Shown: in pieces, positions 44,701 to 59,240 of the stretch
Position numbering within the stretch: the stretch's first letter is position 1
Layout: each line of letters begins with the position of its first letter
Assembly: GCA_964016885.1 (NCBI GenBank)
Contig: OZ024743.1
Coordinates: forward strand, 208,568,001 to 208,632,000
Source: Eledone cirrhosa
Lineage: Eukaryota
DNA: 64,000 nt
Reading direction: 5' to 3'
Notes under the pieces: model-generated
Databases searched by the model: none
What the model saw: the letters and a program-made list of their open reading frames with translations, nothing else
Told to the model about the DNA's origin: nothing
Made by a program: the position numbers and the translations under genes

Positions 44701-45560
44701 CATAAGATATACCACAGTTTACCATCCTATAGCCACAGATGAAAGCTCTTCATTCTATAAGATATACCACAGTTTACCATCCTATAGCCACACATGAACG
44801 CTCTTCACTCCATAAGATATACCACAGTTTACCATCCTATGGCCACAGATGAAAGCTCTTCACTCCATAAGATATACCACAGTTTACCATCCTATAGCCA
44901 CAGATGAAAGCTCTTCATTCTATAAGATATACCACAGTTTACCATCCTATAGCCACACATGAACGCTCTTCACTCCATAAGATATACCACAGTTTACCAT
45001 CCTATAGCCACGCATGAAAGCTCTTCACTCCATAAGATATACCACAGTTTACCATCCTATAGCCACACATGAAAGCTCTTCACTCCATAAGATATACCAC
45101 AGTTTACCATCCTATAGCCACAGATGAAAGCTCTTCACTCCATAAGATATACCACAGTTTACCATCCTATAGCCGCAGATGAAAGCTCTTCACTCCATAA
45201 GATATACCACAGTTAACCATCCTATAGCCACACATGAGAGCTCTTCACTCCATAAGATATACCACAGTTTACCATCCTATAGCCACACATGAAAGCTCTT
45301 CACTCCATAAGATATACCACAGTTTACCATCCTATAGCCAGATGAAAGCTTTTCAATCCATAAGATATACCACAGTTTACCATCCTATAGCCACAGATGA
45401 AAGCTCTTCACTCCATAACATATACCACAGTTAACCATCCTATAGCCACACATGAGAGCTCTTCACTCCATAAGATATACCACAGTTTACCATCCTATAG
45501 CCACACATGAAAGCTCTTCAGTCCACAAGATATCACACATTTTACCATCCTATAGCCACA

Positions 45561-48500
45561 GATGAAAGCTCTTCACTCCATAAGATATACCACAGTTTAC
45601 CATCCTATAGCCACACATGAAAGCTCTTCACTCCATAAGATATAACACAGTTTACCATCCTATAGCCGCAGATGAAAGCTCTTCACTCCATAAGATATAC
45701 GACAGTTTACCATCCTATAGCCGCAGATGAAAGCTCTTCACTCCATAAGATATACCACAGTTTACCATCCTATGGCCACAGATGAAAGCTCTTCACTCCC
45801 TAAGATATACCACAGTTTACCATCCTATAGCCACACATGAAAGCTCTTCACTCCATAAGATATACCACAGTTTACCATCCTATAGCCACACATGAAAGCT
45901 CTTCACTCCGTAAGATATACCACAATTTACCATCCTATAGCCAGATGAAAGCTCTTCACTCCATAAGATATACCACAGTTTACCATCCTATGGCCACAGA
46001 TGAAAGCTCTTCACTCCATAAGATATACCACAGTTTACCATCCTATAGCCGCAGATGAAAGCTCTTCACTCCATAAGATATACCACAGTTTACCATCCTA
46101 TGGCCACAGATGAAAGCTCTTCACTGCATAAGATATACCACAGTTTACCATCCTATAGCCACACATGAAAGCTCTTCACTCCATAAGATATACCACAGTT
46201 TACCATCCTATAGCCACAGATGAAAGCTCTTCACTCCATAACATATACTACAGTTTACCATCCTATAGGCACACATGAAAGCTCTTCACTTTCATAAGAT
46301 ATACCACAATTTACCATCCTATAGCCACACATGAACGCTCTTCACTCAATAAGATATACCACAATTTACCATCCTATAGCCACACATGAAAGCTCTTCAC
46401 TCCATAAGATATACCACAGTTTACCATCCTATAGCCAGATGAAAGCTCTTCACTCCATAAGATATACCACAGTTTACCATCCTATAGCCACACATGAAAG
46501 CTCTTCACTCCATAAGATATACCACAATTTACCATCCTTTAGCCACACATGAAAGCTCTTCACTCAATAAGATATACCACAGTTTACCATCCTATAGCCA
46601 CAAATGAAAGCTCTTCACTCCATAAGATATACCAAAGTTTACCATCCTATAGCCAGATGAAAGCTCTTCACTCCATAAGATATACCACAGTTTACCATCC
46701 TATAGCCACACATGAAAGCTCTTCACTCCATAAGATATAACACAGTTTACCATCCTATAGTTACAGATGAAAGCTCTTCACTCCATGAGATATACGACAG
46801 TTTACCATCCTATAGCCGCAGATGAAAGCTCTTCACTCCATAAGATATAACACAGTTTACCATCCTATAGCCACAGATGAAAGCTCTTCACTCCATAAGA
46901 TATACCACAGTTTACCATCCTATAGCCACACATGAAAGCTCTTCACTCCATGAGATATACCACAGTTTACCATCCTATAGCCACACATGAAAGCTCTTCA
47001 CTCCATAAGATATACCACAGTTTACCATCCTATAGCCACACATGGAAGCTCTTCACTCCATGAGATATACCACAGTTTACCATCCTATAGCCACACATGA
47101 AAGTTCTTCACTCCATAAGATATACCACAGTTTACCATCCTATAGCCACACATGAAAGCTCTTCACTCCATGAGATATAACCAGTTTACCATCCTATAGC
47201 CAGATGAAAGCTCTTCACTCCATAATGTATACCACAGTTTACCATCCCATAGCCACACATGAAAGCTCTTCACTCCATCAGATATACCACAATTTACCAT
47301 CCTATTGCCACACATGAAAGCTCTTCACTCAATAAGATATACCACAGTTTACCATCCTATAGCCACAAATGAAAGCTCTTCACTCCATAAGATATACCAC
47401 AGTTTACCATCCTATAGCCAGATGAAAGCTCTTCACTCCATAAGATATACCACAGTTTACCATCCTATCGCCACACATGAAAGCTCTTCACTCCATCAGA
47501 TATACCACAATTTACCATCCTATAGCCACACATGAAAGCTCTTCACTCAATAAGATATACCACAGTTTACCATCCTATAGCCACAAATGAAAGCTCTTCA
47601 CTCCATAAGATATACCACAGTTTACCATCCTATAGCCACACATGAAAGCTCTTCACTCCATGAGATATACCACAGTTTACCATCCTATAGCCACACATGA
47701 AAGCTCTTCACTCCATAAGATATACCACAGTTTACCATCCTATAGCCACACATGGAAGCTCTTCACTCCATGAGATATACCACAGTTTACCATCCTATAG
47801 CCACACATGAAAGCTCTTCACTCCATAAGATATACCACAGTTTACCATCCTATAGCCAGATGAAAGCTCTTCACTCCATAAGATATACCACAGTTTACCA
47901 TCCTATAGCCACACATGAAAGCTCTTCACTCCATAAGATATAACACAGTTTACCATCCTATAGCCGCAGATGAAAGCTCTTCACTCCATAAGATATACGA
48001 CAGTTTACCATCCTATAGCCGCAGATGAAAGCTCTTCACTCCATAAGATATACCACAGTTTACCATCCTATGGCCACAGATGAAAGCTCTTCACTCCCTA
48101 AGATATACCACAGTTTACCATCCTATAGCCACACATGAAAGCTCTTCACTCCATAAGATATACCACAGTTTACCATCCTATAGCCACACATGAAAGCTCT
48201 TCACTCCATAAGATATACCACAATTTACCATCCTATAGCCAGATGAAAGCTCTTCACTCCATAAGATATACCACAGTTTACCATCCTATGGCCACAGATG
48301 AAAGCTCTTCACTCCATAAGATATACCACAGTTTACCATCCTATAGCCGCAGATGAAAGCTCTTCACTCCATAAGATATACCACAGTTTACCATCCTATG
48401 GCCACAGATGAAAGCTCTTCACTGCATAAGATATACCACAGTTTACCATCCTATAGCCACACATGAAAGCTCTTCACTCCATAAGATATACCACAGTTTA

Positions 48501-50240
48501 CCATCCTATAGCCACAGATGAAAGCTCTTCACTCCATAACATATACTACAGTTTACCATCCTATAGGCACACATGAAAGCTCTTCACTTTCATAAGATAT
48601 ACCACAATTTACCATCCTATAGCCACACATGAACGCTCTTCACTCAATAAGATATACCACAATTTACCATCCTATAGCCACACATGAAAGCTCTTCACTC
48701 CATAAGATATACCACAGTTTACCATCCTATAGCCAGATGAAAGCTCTTCACTCCATAAGATATACCACAGTTTACCATCCTATAGCCACACATGAGAGCT
48801 CTTCACTCCATAAGATATACCACAATTTACCATCCTTTAGCCACACATGAAAGCTCTTCACTCAATAAGATATACCACAGTTTACCATCCTATAGCCACA
48901 AATGAAAGCTCTTCACTCCATAAGATATACCAAAGTTTACCATCCTATAGCCAGATGAAAGCTCTTCACTCCATAAGATATACCACAGTTTACCATCCTA
49001 TAGCCACACATGAAAGCTCTTCACTCCATAAGATATAACACAGTTTACCATCCTATAGTTACAGATGAAAGCTCTTCACTCCATGAGATATACGACAGTT
49101 TACCATCCTATAGCCGCAGATGAAAGCTCTTCACTCCATAAGATATAACACAGTTTACCATCCTATAGCCACAGATGAAAGCTCTTCACTCCATAAGATA
49201 TACCACAGTTTACCATCCTATAGCCACACATGAAAGCTCTTCACTCCATGAGATATACCACAGTTTACCATCCTATAGCCACACATGAAAGCTCTTCACT
49301 CCATAAGATATACCACAGTTTACCATCCTATAGCCACACATGGAAGCTCTTCACTCCATGAGATATACCACAGTTTACCATCCTATAGCCACACATGAAA
49401 GTTCTTCACTCCATAAGATATACCACAGTTTACCATCCTATAGCCACACATGAAAGCTCTTCACTCCATGAGATATAACCAGTTTACCATCCTATAGCCA
49501 GATGAAAGCTCTTCACTCCATAATGTATACCACAGTTTACCATCCCATAGCCACACATGAAAGCTCTTCACTCCATCAGATATACCACAATTTACCATCC
49601 TATTGCCACACATGAAAGCTCTTCACTCAATAAGATATACCACAGTTTACCATCCTATAGCCACAAATGAAAGCTCTTCACTCCATAAGATATACCACAG
49701 TTTACCATCCTATAGCCAGATGAAAGCTCTTCAGTCCATAAGATATACCACAGTTTACCATCCTATCGCCACACATGAAAGCTCTTCACTCCATCAGATA
49801 TACCACAATTTACCATCCTATAGCCACACATGAAAGCTCTTCACTCAATAAGATATACCACAGTTTACCATCCTATAGCCACAAATGAAAGCTCTTCACT
49901 CCATAAGATATACCACAGTTTACCATCCTATAGCCACACATGAAAGCTCTTCACTCCATGAGATATACCACAGTTTACCATCCTATAGCCACACATGAAA
50001 GCTCTTCACTCCATAAGATATACCACAGTTTACCATCCTATAGCCACACATGGAAGCTCTTCACTCCATGAGATATACCACAGTTTACCATCCTATAGCC
50101 ACACATGAAAGCTCTTCACTCCATAAGATATACCACAGTTTACCATCCTATAGCCAGATGAAAGCTCTTCACTCCATAAGATATACCACAGTTTACCATC
50201 CTATAGCCACACATGAAAGCTCTTCACTCCATAAGATATA
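45561..50240 (+). repeat. Tandem 2298-bp (42-monomer) block duplication
   Basis: ORF pairs 45837/48135, 46331/48629, 46549/48847, 47305/49603 and 47752/50050. Shared markers include CACTGCATA, the 56-bp CACTTTCATAAG unit, the 54-bp GATATAACCAG unit, CATAATGTAT, CCTATTGCC and CCTATCGCC. Confidence 0.92.
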
Positions 50241-50460
50241 CCACAATTTACCATCCTATAGCCACACATGAAAGCTCTTCACTCAATAAGATATACCACA
50301 GTTTACCATCCTATAGCCACAAATGAAAGCTCTTCACTCCATAAGATATACCAAAGTTTACCATCCTATAGCCAGATGAAAGCTCATCGCTCCATAAGAT
50401 ATACCACAGTTTACCATCCTATAGCCACACATGAAAGCTCTTCACTCCATAAGATATAAC

Positions 50461-53400
50461 ACAGTTTACCATCCTATACCCACAGATGAAAGCTCTTCAC
50501 TCCATAAGATATACCACAGTTTACCATCCTATAGCCATAGATGAAAGCTGTTCACTCCATAAGATATACCACAGTTTACCATCCTATAGCCACACATGAA
50601 AGCTCTTTACTCCATAAATATACCACAGTTTACCATCCTATAGCCACACATGGAAGCTCTTCACTCCATGAGATATACCACAGTTTACCATCCTATAGCC
50701 ACACATGAAAGCTTTTCATTCCATAAGATATACCACAGTTTACCATCCTATAGCCAGATGAAAGCTCTTCACTCCATAAGATATACCACAGTTTACCATC
50801 CTATAGCCACAAATGAAAGCTCTTCACTCCATAAGATATACCACAGTTTACCATCCTATAGCCATAGATGAAAGCTGTTCACTCCATAAGATATACCAGA
50901 GTTTACCATCCTATAGCCACACATGAAAGCTCTTTACTCCATCAATATACCACAGTTTACCATCCTATAGCCACACATGAACGCTCTTCACTCCATAAGA
51001 TATACCACAGTTTACCATCCTATAGCCACGCATGAAAACTCTTCACTCCATAAGATATACCACAGTTTACCATCCTATAGCCACACATGAAAGCTCTTCA
51101 CTCCATAAGATATACCACAGTTTACCATCCTATAGCCACAGATGAAAGCTCTTCACTCCATAAGATATACCACAGTTTACCATCCTATAGCCGCAGATGA
51201 AAGCTCTTCACTCCATAAGATATACCACAGTTAACCATCCCATAGCCACACATGAGAGCTCTTCACTCCATAAGATATACCACAGTTTACCATCCTATAG
51301 CCACACATGAAAGCTCTTCACTCCATAAGATATACCACAGTTTACCACCCTATAGCCAGATGAAAGCTTTTCAATCCATAAGATATACCACAGTTTACCA
51401 TCCTATAGCCACAGATGAAAGCTCTTCACTCCATAACATATACCACAGTTAACCATCCTATAGCCACACATGAGAGCTCTTCACTCCATAAGATATACCA
51501 CAGTTTACCATCCTATAGCCACACCTGAAAGCTCTTCATTCCACAAGATATAACACATTTTACCATCCTATAGCCAGATGAAAGCTCTTCACTCCATAAG
51601 ATATACCACAGTTTACCATCCTATAGCCACAAATGAAAGCTCTTCACTCCATAAGATATACCACAGTTTACCATCCTATAGCCAGATGAAAGCTCTTCAC
51701 TCCATAAGATATACCACAGTTTACCATCCTATAGCCACAGATGAAAGCTCTTCACTCCATCAGATATACCACAGTTTACCATCCTATAGCCAGATGAAAG
51801 CTCTTCACTCCATAAGATATACCACAGTTTACCATCCTATAGCCACACATGAAAGCTCTTCACTCCATAAGATATACCACAGTTTACCATCCTATAGCCA
51901 CACATGAAAGCTCTTCACGCCATAAGATATACCACAGTTTACCATCCTATAGCCACAGATGAAAGCTCTTCACTCCATAAGATATACCACAGTTTACCAT
52001 CCTATAGCCACAGATGAAAGCTCTTCACTCCACAACATATACCACAGTTTCCCATCCTATAGCCACACATGAGAGCTCTTCACTCCATAAGATATACCAC
52101 AGTTTACGATCCTATAGCCAGATGAAAGCTTTTCACTCCATAAGATATACCACAGTTTACCATCCGATAGCCACACATGAAAGCTCTTCACTCCATAAGA
52201 TATACCACAGTTTACCATCCTATAGCCAGATGAAAGCTTTTCAATCCACAAGATATACCACAGTTTACCATCCTATAGCCACACATGAAAGCTCTTCACT
52301 CCATAAGATATACCACAGTTTACTATCATATAGTCACACATGAAAGCTCTTCACTCCAGAAGATATACCACAGTTTACCATCCTATAGCCACACATGAAA
52401 GCTCTTCACTCCATAAGATATACCACAGTTTACCATCCTATGGCCACAGATGAAAGCTCTTCACTCCATAAGATATACCACAGTTTACCATCCTATAGCC
52501 ACATATGAAAGCTCTTCACTCCATAAGATATACCACAGTTTACCATCCTATAGCCACAGATGAAAGCTCTTCATTCTATAAGATATACCACAGTTTACCA
52601 TCCTATAGCCACACATGAAAGCTCTTCACTCCATAAGATATACCACAGTTTTCCATCCTATAGCCACGCATGAAAGCTCTTCACTCCATAAGATATACCA
52701 CAGTTTACCATCCTATAGCCACACATGAAAGCTCTTCACTCCATAAGATATACCACAGTTTACCATCCTATAGCCACAGATGAAAGCTCTTCACTCCATA
52801 AGATATACCACAGTTTACCATCCTATAGCCACACATGAAAGCTCTTCACTCCATAACATATACCACAGTTAACCATCGTATAGCCACACATGAGAGCTCT
52901 TTACTCCATAAGATATACCACAGTTTACCATCCTATAGCCACACATGAAAGCTCTTCACTCCATAAGATATACCACAGTTTACCATCCTATAGCCACAGA
53001 TGAAAGCTCTTCACTCCATAAGATATACCATAGTTTACCATCCGATAGCCACACATGAAAGCTCTTCACTCCATAAGATATACCACAGTTTACCAACCTA
53101 TAGCCAGATGAAAGTTCTTCACTCCATAAGATATACCACAGTTTACCATCCTATAGCCACACATGAAATCTCTTCACTCCATAACATATACCACAGTTTA
53201 CCATCCTATAGTCACACATGAGAGCTCTTCACTCCATAAGATATACCACAGTTTACCATCCTATAGCCACACATGAAAGCTCTTCACTCCATAAGATATA
53301 CCACAATTTACCATCCTATAGCCACAGGTGAAAGCTCTTCACTCCATAAGATATACCACAGTTTACCATCCTATAGCCACAGATGAAAGCTCTTCACTCC

Positions 53401-56400
53401 ACAACATATATCACAGTTTACCATCCTATGGCCACACATGAGAGCTCTTCACTCCATAAGATATACCACAGTTTACCATCCTATAGCCACAGATGAAAGC
53501 TCTTCACTCCATAAGATATACCACAGTTTACCATCCGATAGCCTCACATGAAAGCTCTTCACTCCATAAGATATACCACAGTTTACCATCCTATAGCCAC
53601 ACATGAAAGCTCTTCACTCCATAAGATATACCACAGTTTACTATCCTATAGTCACACATGAAAGCTCTTCACTCCAGAAGATATACCACAGTTTACCATC
53701 CTATAGCCACACATGAAAGCTCTTCACTCCATAAGATATACCACAGTTTACCATCCTATGGCCACAGATGAAAGCTCTTCACTCCATAAGATATACCACA
53801 GTTTACCATCCTATAATCACAGATGAAAGCTCTTCACTCCATAAAATATACCACAGTTTACCATCCTATAGCCACAGATGAAAGCTCTTCACTCCATAAG
53901 ATATACAACAGTTTACCATCCTATAGCCAGATGAAAGCTCTTCACTCCATAAGATATACCACAGTTTACCATCCTATAGCCACAGATGAAAGCTCTTCAC
54001 TCCATAAGATATACCACAGTTTACCATCCTATAGCCACGCCACGGATGAAAGCTCTTCACTCCATAAGATATACCACAGTTTACCATCCTATAGCCACGC
54101 CACGGATGAAAGCTCTTCACTCCATAAGATATACCACAGTTTACCATCCTATAGGCAGATGAAAGTTCTTCACTCCATAAGTTATACCACAGTTTACCAT
54201 CATATAGCCACACATGAAAGCTCTTCACTCCATAACATATACCACAGTTTACCATCCTATAGTCACACATGAGAGCTCTTCACTCCATAAGATATACCAC
54301 AGTTTACTATCCTATAGCCACACATGAAAGCTCTTCACTCCATAAGATATACCACAGTTTACCATCCTATAGCCACAGATGAAAGCTCTTCACTCCATAA
54401 GATATACCACAGTTTACCGTCCTATAGCCAGATGAAAGCTCTTCACTCCATAAGATATACCACAGTTTACCATCCTATAGCCACGCATGAAAGCTCTTCA
54501 CTCCATAAGATATACCACAGTTTACCATCCTATAGCCACACATGAGAGCTCTTCACTCCATAAGATATACCACAGTTTACCATCCTACAGCCACACATGA
54601 AAGTTTTTCACTCCATAAGATATACCACAGTTTACCATCCTATAGCCACAGATGAAAGCTCTTCACTCCATAAGATATACCACAGTTTACCATCCGATAG
54701 CCACACATGAAAGCTCTTCACTCCATAAGATATACCACAGTTTACCATCCTATAGCCACACATGAAAGCTCTTCACTCCATAAGATATACCACAGTTTAC
54801 CATCCTATAGCCACAGATGAAAGCTCTTCACTCCATAAGATATACCACAGTTTACCATCCTATACCCACAGATGAAAGCCCTTCACTCCATAAGATATAC
54901 CACAGTTTACCATCCTATAGCCATAGATGAAAGCTGTTCACTCCATAAGATATACCACAGTTTACCATCCTATAGCCACACATGAAAGCTCTTTACTCCA
55001 TAAATATACCACAGTTTACCATCCTATAGCCACACATGGAAGCTCTTCACTCCATGAGATATACCACAGTTTACCATCCTATAGCCACACATGAAAGCTT
55101 TTCATTCCATAAGATATACCACAGTTTACCATCCTATAGCCAGATGAAAGCTCTTCACTCCATAAGATATACCACAGTTTACCATCCTATAGCCACAAAT
55201 GAAAGCTCTTCACTCCATAAGATATACCACAGTTTACCATCCTATAGCCATAGATGAAAGCTGTTCACTCCATAAGATATACCAGAGTTTACCATCCTAT
55301 AGCCACACATGAAAGCTCTTTACTCCATCAATATACCACAGTTTACCATCCTATAGCCACACATGAACGCTCTTCACTCCATAAGATATACCACAGTTTA
55401 CCATCCTATAGCCACGCATGAAAACTCTTCACTCCATAAGATATACCACAGTTTACCATCCTATAGCCACACATGAAAGCTCTTCACTCCATAAGATATA
55501 CCACAGTTTACCATCCTATAGCCACAGATGAAAGCTCTTCACTCCATAAGATATACCACAGTTTACCATCCTATAGCCGCAGATGAAAGCTCTTCACTCC
55601 ATAAGATATACCACAGTTAACCATCCCATAGCCACACATGAGAACTCTTCACTCCATAAGATATACCACAGTTTACCATCCTATAGCCACACATGAAAGC
55701 TCTTCACTCCATAAGATATACCACAGTTTACCACCCTATAGCCAGATGAAAGCTTTTCAATCCATAAGATATACCACAGTTTACCATCCTATAGCCACAG
55801 ATGAAAGCTCTTCACTCCATAACATATACCACAGTTAACCATCCTATAGCCACACATGAGAGCTCTTCACTCCATAAGATATACCACAGTTTACCATCCT
55901 ATAGCCACACCTGAAAGCTCTTCATTCCACAAGATATAACACATTTTACCATCCTATAGCCAGATGAAAGCTCTTCACTCCATAAGATATACCACAGTTT
56001 ACCATCCTATAGCCACAAATGAAAGCTCTTCACTCCATAAGATATACCACAGTTTACCATCCTATAGCCAGATGAAAGCTCTTCACTCCATAAGATATAC
56101 CACAGTTTACCATCCTATAGCCACAGATGAAAGCTCTTCACTCCATCAGATATACCACAGTTTACCATCCTATAGCCAGATGAAAGCTCTTCACTCCATA
56201 AGATATACCACAGTTTACCATCCTATAGCCACACATGAAAGCTCTTCACTCCATAAGATATACCACAGTTTACCATCCTATAGCCACACATGAAAGCTCT
56301 TCACGCCATAAGATATACCACAGTTTACCATCCTATAGCCACAGATGAAAGCTCTTCACTCCATAAGATATACCACAGTTTACCATCCTATAGCCACAGA

Positions 56401-59240
56401 TGAAAGCTCTTCACTCCACAACATATACCACAGTTTCCCATCCTATAGCCACACATGAGAGCTCTTCACTCCATAAGATATACCACAGTTTACGATCCTA
56501 TAGCCAGATGAAAGCTTTTCACTCCATAAGATATACCACAGTTTACCATCCGATAGCCACACATGAAAGCTCTTCACTCCATAAGATATACCACAGTTTA
56601 CCATCCTATAGCCAGATGAAAGCTTTTCAATCCACAAGATATACCACAGTTTACCATCCTATAGCCACACATGAAAGCTCTTCACTCCATAAGATATACC
56701 ACAGTTTACTATCATATAGTCACACATGAAAGCTCTTCACTCCAGAAGATATACCACAGTTTACCATCCTATAGCCACACATGAAAGCTCTTCACTCCAT
56801 AAGATATACCACAGTTTACCATCCTATGGCCACAGATGAAAGCTCTTCACTCCATAAGATATACCACAGTTTACCATCCTATAGCCACATATGAAAGCTC
56901 TTCACTCCATAAGATATACCACAGTTTACCATCCTATAGCCACAGATGAAAGCTCTTCATTCTATAAGATATACCACAGTTTACCATCCTATAGCCACAC
57001 ATGAAAGCTCTTCACTCCATAAGATATACCACAGTTTTCCATCCTATAGCCACGCATGAAAGCTCTTCACTCCATAAGATATACCACAGTTTACCATCCT
57101 ATAGCCACACATGAAAGCTCTTCACTCCATAAGATATACCACAGTTTACCATCCTATAGCCACAGATGAAAGCTCTTCACTCCATAAGATATACCACAGT
57201 TTACCATCCTATAGCCACACATGAAAGCTCTTCACTCCATAACATATACCACAGTTAACCATCGTATAGCCACACATGAGAGCTCTTTACTCCATAAGAT
57301 ATACCACAGTTTACCATCCTATAGCCACACATGAAAGCTCTTCACTCCATAAGATATACCACAGTTTACCATCCTATAGCCACAGATGAAAGCTCTTCAC
57401 TCCATAAGATATACCATAGTTTACCATCCGATAGCCACACATGAAAGCTCTTCACTCCATAAGATATACCACAGTTTACCAACCTATAGCCAGATGAAAG
57501 TTCTTCACTCCATAAGATATACCACAGTTTACCATCCTATAGCCACACATGAAATCTCTTCACTCCATAACATATACCACAGTTTACCATCCTATAGTCA
57601 CACATGAGAGCTCTTCACTCCATAAGATATACCACAGTTTACCATCCTATAGCCACACATGAAAGCTCTTCACTCCATAAGATATACCACAATTTACCAT
57701 CCTATAGCCACAGGTGAAAGCTCTTCACTCCATAAGATATACCACAGTTTACCATCCTATAGCCACAGATGAAAGCTCTTCACTCCACAACATATATCAC
57801 AGTTTACCATCCTATGGCCACACATGAGAGCTCTTCACTCCATAAGATATACCACAGTTTACCATCCTATAGCCACAGATGAAAGCTCTTCACTCCATAA
57901 GATATACCACAGTTTACCATCCGATAGCCTCACATGAAAGCTCTTCACTCCATAAGATATACCACAGTTTACCATCCTATAGCCACACATGAAAGCTCTT
58001 CACTCCATAAGATATACCACAGTTTACTATCCTATAGTCACACATGAAAGCTCTTCACTCCAGAAGATATACCACAGTTTACCATCCTATAGCCACACAT
58101 GAAAGCTCTTCACTCCATAAGATATACCACAGTTTACCATCCTATGGCCACAGATGAAAGCTCTTCACTCCATAAGATATACCACAGCTTACCATCCTAT
58201 AATCACAGATGAAAGCTCTTCACTCCATAAAATATACCACAGTTTACCATCCTATAGCCACAGATGAAAGCTCTTCACTCCATAAGATATACAACAGTTT
58301 ACCATCCTATAGCCAGATGAAAGCTCTTCACTCCATAAGATATACCACAGTTTACCATCCTATAGCCACAGATGAAAGCTCTTCACTCCATAAGATATAC
58401 CACAGTTTACCATCCTATAGCCACGCCACGGATGAAAGCTCTTCACTCCATAAGATATACCACAGTTTACCATCCTATAGCCACGCCACGGATGAAAGCT
58501 CTTCACTCCATAAGATATACCACAGTTTACCATCCTATAGGCAGATGAAAGTTCTTCACTCCATAAGTTATACCACAGTTTACCATCATATAGCCACACA
58601 TGAAAGCTCTTCACTCCATAACATATACCACAGTTTACCATCCTATAGTCACACATGAGAGCTCTTCACTCCATAAGATATACCACAGTTTACTATCCTA
58701 TAGCCACACATGAAAGCTCTTCACTCCATAAGATATACCACAGTTTACCATCCTATAGCCACAGATGAAAGCTCTTCACTCCATAAGATATACCACAGTT
58801 TACCGTCCTATAGCCAGATGAAAGCTCTTCACTCCATAAGATATACCACAGTTTACCATCCTATAGCCACGCATGAAAGCTCTTCACTCCATAAGATATA
58901 CCACAGTTTACCATCCTATAGCCACACATGAGAGCTCTTCACTCCATAAGATATACCACAGTTTACCATCCTACAGCCACACATGAAAGTTTTTCACTCC
59001 ATAAGATATACCACAGTTTACCATCCTATAGCCACAGATGAAAGCTCTTCACTCCATAAGATATACCACAGTTTACCATCCGATAGCCACACATGAAAGC
59101 TCTTCACTCCATAAGATATACCACAGTTTACCATCCTATAGCCACACATGAAAGCTCTTCACTCCATAAGATATACCACAGTTTACCATCCTATAGCCAC
59201 AGATGAAAGCTCTTCACTCCATAAGATATACCACAGTTTA
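50461..59240 (+). repeat. Tandem 4386-bp (about 80-monomer) near-identical block duplication
   Basis: Seven + strand ORF pairs are exactly 4386 apart (50650/55036 through 54324/58710). Marker TATACCCACAG lies at 50475/54861, and many private variants are shared. Confidence 0.95.
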
